From Chrysomallon squamiferum (lineage: Eukaryota; Animalia; Mollusca): a stretch of 64,000 bases of DNA. Location of the stretch: contig CM022672.1 in assembly GCA_012295275.1 (NCBI GenBank), positions 13,640,001 through 13,704,000 on the forward strand, given 5' to 3'. The notes under the pieces were generated by a model. That model searched no databases and had not been told where the DNA came from. It was given only the letters and a program-made list of their open reading frames with translations. Position numbers and translations under genes: made by a program. This document shows, piece after piece, positions 13,998 to 28,100 of this stretch (position 1 is the first letter of the stretch; each line of letters begins with the position of its first letter).

Positions 13998-16047
13998 AAT
14001 AGTTAATATATTATTATAATTATGTTTATCCATTTACATATACCAAGGATTTGACTAAAGTAAAAAAAATTGCCTCTCTAGAAAATAATATTCTATATAC
14101 TATTTTGCGAATTCTACAGAAAATATAAATATATCAAAGAATTAATTATATTTTTTTAAATAAAATTTTGTTTTTAACACCAGACTTCAAAACCAGGTGG
14201 ATGATGTTGTTGATGTGATGAAAAATAATGTCAGCAAAGTTCTGGAGAGAGGAGAAAAGCTTGATGAGCTCCAAGACAAATCTGGTCAGTTTTGTTTACC
14301 ATCATGTTAGTGATTCTGTTAGTATAAGTAGACTGAAAGTACCATTAGACAAAACAGACTAATGATTTTCTTAATGTAATAAAATTAATATACTTTTAGA
14401 AGAAGTATAAGTAACTTTTATAAGAAGTAGAATGAACTTTTAGACAAAGTAGAATGACAGTACTACTAGAACAAGTATACTAGTGATTCTCTCAATATAA
14501 CAAGATTATTATATATTATAATACTGCTGTAAGTAGTCTTTGTTACTGTTTAAATAACAAAACTGGAAATACTTTAACTAGTGATGGTTTTAGAATAAGT
14601 AGACTGAAAAAGATACTATAACAAGTAACTAGTAATGTTGGCATAACTTTTTACTAGAACAAGTAATTTAATAACATTTTTAGTGGAAACAGAATAAGTA
14701 AATGTTGGGATACTGTTTATATAGGTGGACTAACAATACTGTAAAATCAAGTCCACTGGTAATACTAAGACTATTGATTATGTTTACATATGTAGACTAA
14801 TAGCATTACTAGATCAAGATACTAATATTACTAGAAGTAGACTAACAATGTTTATAGAACAAGAGAATAAAAAAATTAAAATAGACTAACAATATTAATA
14901 AAATAAGTAATAAAATACATCCAATAATTTTAATTTGTTTTTTAATATTTCCTTTTATAGATAATGGTCAATGTATAAGAAGCAATAAGACTTGTTGTTT
15001 TTTTATAAAATAGGTAATAAAATTCTTTCACACACGTTTTAAGATGAAAAATCCAAAGTTAGTAAAACTGTTTTTAACATAATTATTGACTCACTGGCCA
15101 GCTGTTGTTTTTATTAATGATTGATCTTATAACCAGATTATTGAATGAATATCAGTTTACAGAAATTTACACTTTTAATTTACAGATGACCTGGCTGGAA
15201 ATTCTGAAATGTTTCGATCAAGAGCAAAAGGACTTCATAAAACAATGTACTGGAAAAACTGCAGAGTATGTTTTCATTAATATGTACTGAAAATTCAACT
15301 TGTTCATATTGTTATTAATTTTATTTAATTTATTATTTTTTAAACATTTTATTTAATTTAAGAAATGCTCTCTCTCTGTCTCTTTTCTTTCTCTCTTTAT
15401 ATATATATATTCATATTTAGAATATACTTCAGACATTGTGATGATAGTGATCATGATAATAACAATAAGAATAATAATAACAATTGCAATAAAATAATAA
15501 TAATAATTATAATTTCCTAACATAAGATTTAAATTCTGTTGTAATAAAACAATAAAGAAATTATTTTTTATTTTTTGACAGATGAAACTGATACTTGCCT
15601 TGATTGTGGTGGTTTTACTTGCAATCATCATCAGTAAGTGTACCCACCCACACCCATCTTCCCAAACATCCACGCCCACCATCACACACATATGTATGCA
15701 CCCCCAGACACATCACATTTTTATGTTAATTTTGTTTCTCAGAATTTAATATTGTTTGAAACTTTTAGCCATATTTATTTTCCTTTTGATAAAATATTTA
15801 ATATTTTAAACATTATTAAAGACCAAGGATCATAAGTTACTTCCATTTATGTATCATTTTAAGTTTGTCTCGAGTTTCCATAGCTGTGAAAGATCAAAAA
15901 TGTTTTTCCTGTATCTTTATACATTTAAAAAAAAAATTCCATTTCCATAGCAATAAAAAATCATAAATTTTTCAAATTTTTCCTATCCTTCATTATTTTC
16001 TTTTTCTTTCCACAGTTCCCATAATAATAAAAACACAAGGCAACTGA
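12825..16047 (+). CDS. VAMP4: Vesicle-associated membrane protein 4 (R-SNARE), 7 coding exons
   Basis: Exons 12825-12890, 13315-13361, 13770-13820, 14184-14284, 15186-15265, 15582-15633, 16016-16047; all GT-AG and phase-consistent. Protein [41 protein letters not shown]...[36 protein letters not shown]...[34 protein letters not shown]. It has the VAMP4-diagnostic MPPKF start, dileucine plus acidic cluster plus FFLRGPS, a synaptobrevin coil with the zero-layer Arg, and a C-terminal TM helix. Confidence 0.96.
14300..14900. repeat. Degenerate short-period tandem repeat in a VAMP4 intron
   Basis: Many variants of (ta)gaacaagtagactaa/ga spaced roughly 20-30 bp apart. Confidence 0.55.
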
Positions 16048-16931
16048 ATGGGTGATACATCCATCTACAATGGGAGTTCTTTGTAGATAGTCTGCATCAT
16101 GACATTTTGTGGATTTTACATTGCAATATTGTACAGCTGAGGAGTAGACTAAATATTCCAGACTTTGCACATTGACCTGTGCATGAATATGAATGATTAA
16201 TATGAATGAATTGTAAATGATTAGAAATTAAATTATTTATAATTATAATATTTATGAAGAATTTATAAAGAAACACACACAAACAGATACACAGATATAT
16301 ATATACACATACGCATATATGTAAGTATGCGCAGACAAAGCCACACCCTGACAGCTTTTTATTGGTTTTATTAACAGCTTTTTCAGGTGCTTATTTTATA
16401 AATGAAATTTTTTTTCTTTCTTAATATCGATTTTTATAATAATTATATAATACTGTATTAAAATTCTGGTTATTTTGATGGTATGGCTGAAATTTAATAA
16501 TTGTGGTTTAAAGAGGTTTATTAATTTTTAGGATCAATTTTAAAGAAATTGTTGTGATATTTGTATATATTTATAATTTATATATATATATATATATATA
16601 TATCTATTCTGTGTCTCTTATTTAATATTTTGGGGTTAACAATTCACTGTCATTTTTATATTTGTAAATTATTATTATTATTTATATGACTGTAAATAAC
16701 TGATGTAAATCCAGGATAATAAAATCTGAAATTTTGATTTTACCATTTGAATTCTGCTGTAATGAAACTAAATCATTGCGATGGTTTTTATATAGATATA
16801 TATATATCTATATAAAATCTTTTAAATTAAGATTCTGACTGCCATTATTGTCCTTTCTGTTGCTAGTTTGTTACATTTGTTTGTGATAACCTTTATTAAA
16901 TATTAATATTGTTGTATGAGATCATGCCCCT

Positions 16932-17098
16932 GTATTTTTAATTATTAGCAAAGATTGGTTGCCAGTATTAATAATTTGGAAATTACTAAATATACATAAA
17001 ATAGATGCTAAAATACTGCCTTCATGCCTCCGTATTTTGAATTATTAGCAAAGATTGGTTGCCAGTATTAATAATTTGGAAATTTCTAAATATACATA
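16932..17098. repeat. Direct duplication of about 67 bp (offset 100 bp) downstream of VAMP4
   Basis: gtatttt..aattattagcaaagattggttgccagtattaataatttggaaatt.ctaaatatacata at about 16932 and 17032. Confidence 0.85.
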
Positions 17099-18012
17099 GG
17101 CTATTTGTTTATATATCTGTAGTCTTATCTTTTGAAAAAAATATAATAGATAACATCGATATCTGTCAGTTTTAATAGTTATGAAAATTTAACTATGACA
17201 TAACTGTGCCAAAATTAATACATATATATAGATGTCACCATGATAAATTTAGTAAATAAATTTCTGTTCACAGATTAAACAGTATTAGGCATATTTAAAT
17301 ATGTAACCAGTGCTAAATTGATTTTTTTAATTTTTATTAATCTTTACATAAATGTATTGCACCTAGGCTGGTCTGTTGTAACTATTTCTTGCATCATTTG
17401 TATCTTTGTGTTACATTTGTTTTGTAAGAAATTTTCCTACAGTACTTTTTCTTTTGGAGAATGTTTTTATGGTAAATTATTTTTCATTGGTATGAGAAGG
17501 GGAATGGTATTATTTTTTTTATTTCAAAACTTCATTATAATTAAATTTATTTATTTATTTTTTATTTATTTATTTTTTTCTTATTGTGGAAATTAATTTT
17601 TTTATGGGCTTTTAAAGAAAAAGAAAAGAAAGAAAATGTTTATAATTATTTGTTAATATGGAAGTGTATACACATGTACATACATATACATGTAACTTAA
17701 TGTGAAATAAAAATTTAAAAACACATAACTATTTCATTTTTTGTGAGTAATTTGTGGTGTAAAAAATCTAGTTTTTTAAGTGGGATTATTTTATGTATGT
17801 ATATTTTTTATACCAGATGCACAGAAATCATTATTTGTTGATTAGAATGACAAATAATAAACCAACACAATGCAAAAATAAAAAATAAAAAGGTAAAATC
17901 TTTTTTATTCTACAAAAATGAATAAACAGTATAATTGAAAGTGCTGTTGAAAACAAACATTTTAAAACATTTCATCAATAGCCTTATTTTTCTAAACTTT
18001 CATGTAATGCAT

Positions 18013-18051
<39 letters not shown>

Positions 18052-20096
18052 GTTAATGACTCAGTTACAAGAAAATCTTTTAAAATTTATTTAAATTTTT
18101 AAATTTTAATAGTTTATTAATAGTTATTTCAAAAACAAAAAAAATTGTGCTCAAAAATAACTAAATGCAAATATAAATTTAAAAAATGAAAAATAATAAA
18201 ACAAAAAATACTTTAAAACAAAATTGTTTTAAAAATAAGTAACAATAATAAAACTCCTCATTATTTTTAAGGGGTGAGCATCGAATGCTATTTGTCCCTT
18301 TATTAAGTACTTTCAGAATCACTGCTTGTATTTAGTGATTTACAAGAGATGAAATAACAGAATAAATTTTGTGATTTTATGAATATTATTATGTGTATAT
18401 GTTTGTACAGACACCTATCACACAACATTCACACCCACCCCCAAAAAAAATCTCCAGTAATATAAAAATGTTGAATATAATATAAAATAAAATAATAACT
18501 TTTACCCCTCAAACCTTCAACATTTGGGTAAAGTTACTTAATACTACATATAAAATGTATAATTTCAACAAAATGTAAAAAAAAAAAAAAAGAAGCTATT
18601 TACATTTTACCCTCTGTCTAGTTCTTACCCTAGTATAAGAAATGTATTGTTTTGTATGGTATGCTGCTTACCAGAATTCATTAATATTATGTACAGATAT
18701 AATATTAATTTAATATCCTTGATGTTGTACTCTATATGAATAAATTGTTTTGTAAATAGCCTAATAATCAAAGTAATTTTTTTTTTTTTTACACAAATGC
18801 AGATGTAAAATAATGTAAAAGCTATCAAAAAGAAAAGCACTGAAATATGCAAAGATTAAATGTAAACAAAATTAATTTAGAAAAAATAATACCAAAAAAC
18901 CTCCAACAACTAGAAAACTGGTTTAATAATTACACTTGGTAAAAGGGACGCTACAATTTAAAAATTATTATTAACAAATGACATCGAAAAAAAGAATAAC
19001 TCAGAATGCCTTTAAATGCTCTGTATAAATACTTTCAATAAGAATTTTGTTTCAAATTATTTTACTATTAGTAATTTTTTTTTTATTTGAAGAATCCTTT
19101 TAAGGCACATTAGTGAATATTTACAAGATTCACAATTTTTTTTTTTTAGAATTTTGCATTCAAACACAGAAGATGGACAGGCACTGTGTTCCAATTTGAT
19201 TGAAACATTTTTATTTTTTTAAATTACATTTTATAATTTTTATTACATAGCTTTACCAACATTATTTAATAATACAAATATATATATATATTTTATAATA
19301 TATTGGTCATAAAATTAGCTCATATAAATTTTTTTCATAAATGCTGGTCTTATAAATTTTAGGAATATTAATTTCAATTTAGGCTGTAATTCTGAGTCTT
19401 AAATTCTTGTTTTTAATCTACTAATATATTTTTCTCTATTTTTCTTAGTTATCTATGGCCTACTTTACTAATACGTCTCTTTCTTGCACAGTTAAGTTAA
19501 TGTATCACTACAGTCGCATAAAATTAAAAAGATAAAGCAATATTGTATGACTATATATTAAAAAAAATGTATGTTTAAATGTAATATATATAAAAAATGA
19601 AATAGTAATTATGAAAACTAACTAAAACTTCCTACATCACATTTTTAATATGAGATCATTTTCCTCCAATATTTAATAATTTAAGAAGAGATGTAAATCT
19701 GTTTGTTTTTTTCAGACTCAGAATCATCCTAAGATTTCAAAATTTCCACAAAGCTGGAAATGTGTAAATATTCTTGCAGTTCACACCCTTTGAAAACAAT
19801 GCAGGGATTCAAACTGATAAAAAATAATATTATTTGACACTTCTAACTTATATCACAGGAACTGGAACCACTTTGTTCATGTTTATCAACATCTTTAAAA
19901 AAAAAAAAAAAAAATTAAAAAAGAAAGAAAAATAAATAATTAAAATATAAAATATAACATGAGACAAAATTGTTCCAATACTCTTGAAATACTAAATAGT
20001 CTTTAAAATGATATAATTATGCCAAACAGTGCAGATTATAGCTGTGTAAATAACATCGTTTTGAAAAGGTGTGAATATATTTGTCAGTCGTATCAG

Positions 20097-22063
20097 CTAC
20101 ACAGCAGTTTGAACAGATGGTGACGGGACAGCCAGTTTGAACAGATGTTCCTTGTATGCTGTTGTCAACAGATCTGAACTCTTCAAACACTGAGACACAG
20201 CAAAGTCACATGGCTGCAGATCTACAAACAAAATTTATATTATTATAAAATACTGTTCATGTCACTTTTACGTGAGTGTACTGGTTACAATATCACCCAA
20301 TTACTTAAGTAGATGATAGAATGCACAATATTATTATCATTAAAATATATAGATCATCCATAAAGTGATGTCCACATTAAGAAATTACAAAATTAAAATA
20401 ATAAAACTTTTTATTTTTCAAAATTAATAATAATAATTGTCACAGTTAAAATATACATAAAATTTTTGATACTGACCTTTCTGAATCCATTTGTCCTCTG
20501 CAATGTAAGTCAGTGCTGGTACACAGTGCTGAGCAACTCCCAGAGAGTCAGGATCTTTGCAGTTCGACATCCAAACAGGTACCATCAAGTGTGCATAGTG
20601 CTGTAACCAACAAGAGCTGGGTTTTAGTTTATATTAAATATTCAGAAATAAAATTCATACCTTTTTTTTAGACTGAAAAACACATAAGAATCCTTTATGA
20701 AATTTAAGTACAAAAAAAAAATATGTTTGTGTTCTCTTCTTTTTTAAAAAAATCATTCAATTTCTGATTCTGCTTTAAATATGTTTTCTCATAACTAAAA
20801 TGTATTCCAATATTTTAAAATTCATATATTTCTCTTTCTAAAACATAATTTTTTTTCAATTCTTTTTATTTAATTTTTTTTTTTTTGTATCTTTATAAGA
20901 ATTTGGACAACACTAACTAATCTTCTTAAAGTTAACAGACTCTTCAACACATGAATCTGGTATCTGCATAACTTTGTACCAAGTAATTACCTCTGGGTAC
21001 CCAATACATTTATCCAGGATCTCAACATCTTTGGCTGTCAGCTGGTAAATGCATCCTTCTACAGAGCAAAATGGGTTGAACTCAATGTTTGGAAAACCAC
21101 CAACATCCTCATCAAAACCTAGAACATAAGTCTTACATCAGTCAGTCAACAAAAACAAGTCATGTACTGAAACATTTTGTTATATTAAAATTATTTAAGA
21201 ATCAGATTAGAAACTAATCAGTATGTGAGGCTTTGAAAACAAAAATTAGGATTGGTGAGTATGACATGAAGACAACACTTTAGGCTGGTGTCATTTTGGA
21301 AAATTATTGTAATTAAATACATGATTTATTAGTTATTACAAAATTTATATCACATCTACCATACTTGTTTATGAATGTTCACATAATCTGGCTATGTACA
21401 GAAATGAGACCAAAGGTTCCTTTTTTTTCGCATAATTCCATTTCTAGTTTGATACAAGTTTTCTAAATGTATTCATCCAAATGACTGGTTTAGAATACAT
21501 TTCAGGACTTTTTAAAATATCAGAAAAAACTGTTTAGTAGAGTTTATATTTTAATAGAAAATTATTAATGGTTTCTCTTTTGACAATGATTTTTCTCCTT
21601 CCAATTTCATAAACACAAAGAAATAACTGTTAAAATAAAACCACACTAAATTATACACAGACTACTAACCTTTCTTGTTAAAAACCAGATTGAAACCAAA
21701 GAGAAGTCCCCAGAATCGACTCTCAACATTTCTGCTCAGATAGTTTGAAATTCTGAAAGGGAAATTAAAACAATGTGACAAAACATAACACAGGGTTAAA
21801 AAGGATTAATCTTGATAAAACTATTACATATTTTATTTTAGGCTATATAATATAACTAGCATCAAAGTGTTTTTAATACATACCTGTTTATATTCATGTC
21901 TGTTCCGTAAGAGAAGTAATACAGGTATCCCTCTGGTGGACGAGCGTTTACTGAGAAGCACAGAGGTGGAAATGATGCCGATGTTTTGACACTTTTATCT
22001 TTGGACCTAACAAGAAAGAAACAAAATTAATTAAATTTACTGCAGTTGTTACCACTGATACCA

Positions 22064-22106
<43 letters not shown>

Positions 22107-25100
22107 TAATAATATTAATAATAATAATAATAACAATAATAATATTTTTAATAATCTTGATAACAATACCAATATCAATTCAAATTATGTTTTGATGTAT
22201 TGTATTTATGTTTTACTTCTGTGCACTAATTCTTACATGTATTGACAAAAGGAAATTCAAAATGTAACTAAATATACATACTTCTGTTTTGAAAGCTTTT
22301 TTGTTACAGCAACAACTTCCAAAGGAGATTTTTCCTTTCTGAAAATAATATAGAAAAGAAATATTAATAATACAATTAGTCTCAAAATAACATTTACATT
22401 CCAGTAATGATTTAGTAACTTATTTTAGTTTTCAATTAATTCTGTTTATGATTATATAGAATTACTATATAAAATTATTATTCATAACATTTCAAAAATT
22501 AATGATCTGAGTATTGGCTGGAATGTGAAAAAAGTGAGTGAACAGGAGAGAAATAAAAATCTGAAAAATACAAGTCTTGCTGCTTATGTCTTGTCCACTA
22601 AATTATTAGTAAACTTTATCTTTCAACACTAAAACCTTTCTCATTTATACAGTTTCACAAATTAGAGACAAGAAAACTATCTGAAGAAAAACAGTTCATT
22701 ATATATTCTAATCTTTAATGTATATATATATATGTGTGTGTATGTATATATATATATGTACCTATATGTATATGTATGTATGTATAGATAGATAGAGATA
22801 GATATAAAATAAGACTTACCCACTCCTGGTCTCTGATGGACTATTGTCCTGTACAGAAAAGAAAAGAAAAGAAAGAAATATGTTTGTAAATCACAAAACA
22901 AGTCCCAAAATCTTTCAACTATTTTGTGGATAGCACAAGAATCAAATCTTAAGATGATAAATCCTTGGAAAACTTTCTCTCAATTAATAATATTAATTAT
23001 CTTTATTTTGTAATTGCAAAAAATATAATTTTTAGTTTATCTAAACCTTCTGAAAATAAATAAAAGATACTGACAATGCTAAATTCTAATTTCAGTTCAG
23101 ACCAGTAGGTTTACACATAAATTACAATTTTTACAAACCTTTTCTTCAGGCAAACTTTTGCAGATTTGTTCTAGAAGACATTTTTCCTCAGCATCATCAA
23201 CCTCTTCTTCCACATACACTGCTTCACTCTCACAGCCACTGTCCGTCACTTCCAGTGTCATCTTATAACCATCGTTTTCACCATTCTCAATCTCATAATG
23301 TCCAGCATTATTACTATCTGCTGTAACTGATGTTTCTGTTTCTGGGACAGATTCGGCTATCATAACACAGTTCTCACTAATGTCCATACACATCTTTCTG
23401 TATGACTGCAGCAGATTCTCATAGTATTCATTAGACTCTGGATCTCTGTTTGCATTCTCTGAGTCTGCAGAGTTTTTGTTTTCTTCACACACTGCTGAAT
23501 CTTGATCAGAGTTACTGGAAGTCTCAGACTCATCAACTTGACTCCTTGAAGTTTTCAGAGAATCACGTAAATTTTCAGTTTTCGACAGAAGGTCTGTGTG
23601 TTCATCTATGTTCTTTCTGAGCTCAGACTGAATTATGTCAATCTGCTTCTCGAGTTCATTGAAAGACAACAGAGCAGATTCATCTTGATCCAGACCTAAA
23701 GGTGACATGTCATCTTCCTGCACAACCTTCTGTTTGAGATGATTTTCTTTCTGATGTTTGGGAGACGTCTGTCTCACCTGTTTTTCAGCTGACTGACTAA
23801 ACAATCTGCTATTTCTACATGAGGGTGCACTTCTAGGTCGAGGTTTTCTAAATGATGGTCTCTGAGGCACTGATGTGTTGGAAATAAAGGTGGAGTGGGA
23901 TTTACTATAGGAGGAGGCACTCATAGGTCGCTGTCTTCTGCAAGGATTTGGCATACGACAAGAAGGGCTGGATGATCTTCGAAAAGAAGGAGAATTCTTA
24001 TCATCACTCCTAGCTGATTCAGATCTGTGACTCAAAATATCTGAAGGAAAGGCCTGTCTTCTGCTACTTTCGTACCCATGTTTTATTCCAGTGGTTGAAC
24101 TGGACTTGCTAACTTTACATTTTTTCCTTCTTTGTCTTTTTAAAGATCTGGAAACAAATTCCAATTCTGAACGATGTTCTTCAGATGTTTTAGTTTCAGC
24201 TGGATTTGAAGGTGACAGTATTTCAGGTTCGTAAGATGAAAATGTTATTTTAAATGCTGGATGTGGGGACTCTATTTCAGGAGACGTGCATATATTTTCC
24301 GTGTCCTCCTGTGAGACTGGTTCAACTTTTAAGTATTTATACAGATCTGGATACTTTTCCAGAACATTGATGACACTGGAGCACGGGGATACATTATAAG
24401 TATTAGTTCCTTCCTCAATGGGTTTAGTTTCAGCAAGTTCTATAACCAATGGTTCCATTTCTTTAAATTGAAGCTTGTCAAGAATGTTCAGATTTGTATC
24501 TGTTTTCAAAGAATCAACCTCTTGAGCTGTGTTTGATTTATCACTTGTCTGAGAGACTTCTTCTTCTGGAGAAACTGAAAACTGAATCTGGCTCTGCTTG
24601 CTTTGGACCATAGGATCTACTGTAGGCTCAGACAAATACTCTTTGCTGGCTTGCATGTCTAAACCATCAGGATTCTCCTTATTGCCTTCTGATATGGAGC
24701 CATCTTCAGAGAATGTTTCTCTTTTCTCTGAACAAATTACTGACTGATCTAACTCATCAACATTGCCTTGACCGCTCTGGGAATTTGGGAATTCTCTATT
24801 GATGGCATCAAACCTCCTAACAGTGCTCATACTCGCACCATCTTCACCAGAATTTATGATCTTTCTTGGAATATTTTCTTTGTCATCATCACTGTCATCA
24901 GCATTTGATTTTCTGGGTGCTGGTGGAGGCCTGCATGATGACCGGGATGGTTTTGCCGAAGAGTCTCTCTTGCTGTTATTGGACAAAGATGTTTTGTCTT
25001 GTTCATCAACAAAGCGGACAGACTTACTGCTGCTGCCTCTCATCACTGAACTTCCGGTTGTGTGAGGTCTGCCATGCAAGCTGCCAGCACTTTTTATTAA

Positions 25101-28100
25101 TCCTCTTGGTTCGTCTGACACCACAGAACTGGCACCATAATCTAACTTAGCTTCAACTACTACAGCTGGTTTTACTTCTGAAATCATCACAGTTTCTTTA
25201 TCTGTTCCTTCTCCACTACCACCCTCACCTACAGAAATTTTACCATTGTTTGGGTTCTCTTCTAAATTAGCACTATTATTGACATTCTGCGCTCTTGCCA
25301 CAGTCTCTATGCTCAGAGCTGCTGTGTCTTCGAATGAAGCAAACAGGTTTCCTTTTAAGCTGTCCACAACATCACTTAATTCCTGAGATGTCACAGTGAA
25401 ATCTTCATTCATTCCTTTTGCTCCATTCGTAACTGGTTTAATGTTTTTTACAGCCTTACGTTCCCTGTTTCGAGGTAACTGGTGTTTCACAACTTTTCTT
25501 TCCTTCACAGAGCTTGTTTCAGTAGCTTCTTTATCTTTATCTAACTCTTCACTCTGTAGTGAACTATTCAGTTCTGATCCTGGAAGAAAGAGAATACACA
25601 CTGTATTATAAAAAAATTAAACTTTTATTACCCATGTAAAGATATTAATAAAAAAAAAAAGAAATCTTATTAAAGAAATAATAAAATATAAATAACCTAA
25701 TTATTAAATCCTCCTACAAGAATTATTTTTCTGTAATAACAAACACATTCTATACCACATTTTTGTTTTAACCTCTAATTTTCAACTATAAAACCTTTCC
25801 TTCATCCATTGATAATGGCAATGGGCTGATGTTTGAAAATGTTCTAAAAGATATGACAGTATTTTAAAATGGACTAAAAGTTAGGATGGTATATGAAAAT
25901 AATCTGAAAGATATTTGAAAGTGTCCTATCTATGACACACTTACCTCCATCCACTGGTAAAGGAGATAAACTTATGTTTGAAAATGGTCTTTCAATATCA
26001 CCCAAGTCATCCACAGTTCTGAAATAAATAACAGTTTTCACACTGAACGTTTAAAACTGAGGAATATAAAATACAATGTCTGTATCGTCAGATATCTGCA
26101 CCTCATATGATGCTATGCACTTACAGCTTATTTCTTTATTTTTTTTATTTTTTTTAAAATTATTAAATCATTATCTTGTAAGACACAAACAAACGTAATA
26201 AAGAATAATGTGACATCAAAATAATGGTTTATTTATTAACCAAAGGAATAAAACAATATGTAAGTATATTATATGCAGTTTAAATAATGTGTAAATACAA
26301 TAAGCATTTACCAATATGTAAATGTAACACATACGAAATAATAGGATTTTATTTATTTATTTTTCAAATCATACTATCATCATAATATTCTTTTTTTATC
26401 TGTTGTTGGCTGTCAAATATTAAAATTTTTAAAAATTAAATAATATTTTAATTTATTTTATTACTATTTTATTACTATTAGTATTTAGCTTTTATCATTT
26501 ATTATCAGTTATTGGTTGTCAGATATAATGTTCTCTATTGATAAATTATTTCTAAGGAAACCCACTGATTTTTCAGTGTCATTAAGTAGTCTTTTATCTT
26601 CATGTTCATATAATACAGAAATGTAATGTTAAAAAATAAAAAACATACATGTCTTCGTGTCCGTATTTCTCCCTGTGATCATCATAGGTGGATGCCTCTG
26701 AAGTCTGGTGAACTGATTCACCGATATCAGTTTTTGAATGATGGTATCTGTAGTTCATGTTATTTATATTGTATATCAGAAGCTTCTGGCGCTGCAGTGT
26801 GCGACTGGGACAAGCACTATATGATCTGGTGTCTGTGAGTTTAAATATAAATAAACAAAATAAAGTAAAAGAAAATTTAGAAAAAGAAAACATGAGAGAA
26901 CAGAATAATGAAATAAAAAGGAAAATAAATACGAAATTAAATTTTTAAAAAATATTGAAAAATAATAAAGAAAAATATCCTTTATTCTTTATTTTATTAT
27001 TTAAACATGTATTAACCACAATTACAAAAATATATAAGTGAATAAATAAATAAAGACAAAAAAAAAAAAAAAAAATAAAAATATATAGTTATAAAATAAT
27101 TTACCTGCTACAATTCCTCTGCAGTGTTTTATTGAGGGTCCTTCAACATGGACAGGGTATAAAGGCATTAACCTGAAAATAATAAATTATTGATGGTCTG
27201 GTTTTAAAATCAGTATAAATCAAAGATAGTAATAACAAACAGTAATTATCGTAAATCTAGTGTATAATATATATAAGACACACACATTATGTAAACTGAT
27301 TACATTCTGAAAGTAAAAGTTTCTGCATTTAACATGGCACAGCATTGACTACGAAGCAAAAAGAAAGCACCCAACTCCAATTATGCATGAAATTCACCAA
27401 GTGCAACAGATGTATAAGCATGCATATAACAATATATTATGTGCGAAGAAAAATGGAAAACATCTACCATGGATGAAAAAAAACCATAAAACAGTTTAAA
27501 AAAAGAAAAAGAAAATGATGATAAAATATATATATATATATGGTGGCTCTTTTCTGTAAAGGCTAAATCAGAAAACAACCAATCAAATAAAACAAAATGA
27601 CTAATGAATAAATACATTAGAGAACTAGTTTTTGAAACTATATTTCTTAAGATGTCTACTGATCAAAGAGTTGACTTAAAGAAAAATAATTATGAATGAT
27701 TTAACATAACAGAAGATAACAAAGTAAAGTAACTGAATATAAATAGCTAAAAAAAATAATAATAATAACAAAATTGTTTACTTTTCAGAATATCATGAAC
27801 ATTAAATTCATACATTTACTTTTCACTCATTTATCATCTTTAGACCAATGAAAGATACAATATGCATATAATTATTTGAATAAACCATTTAAATCCTTTA
27901 AAGCCATAAAAGACAAAAGCTCAGCTACTAATATTTATAGATTTGGAAAAAGTAGTTATTTTGTAGCTAAGCATATAGGAACTTCCAAATGCATATATAT
28001 CTTCTGATTAACAGTGGATAATTATATTACAGAACAAAAGTCTGACTCATTATATTACCAAAAGTATTATGCCACTGATGTATGTATATGTGTTGTGTAT

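Noticed and set aside
16786-16817. Perfect 32-bp palindrome
   Set aside because: Built around a (TA)n run; expected in AT-rich DNA.
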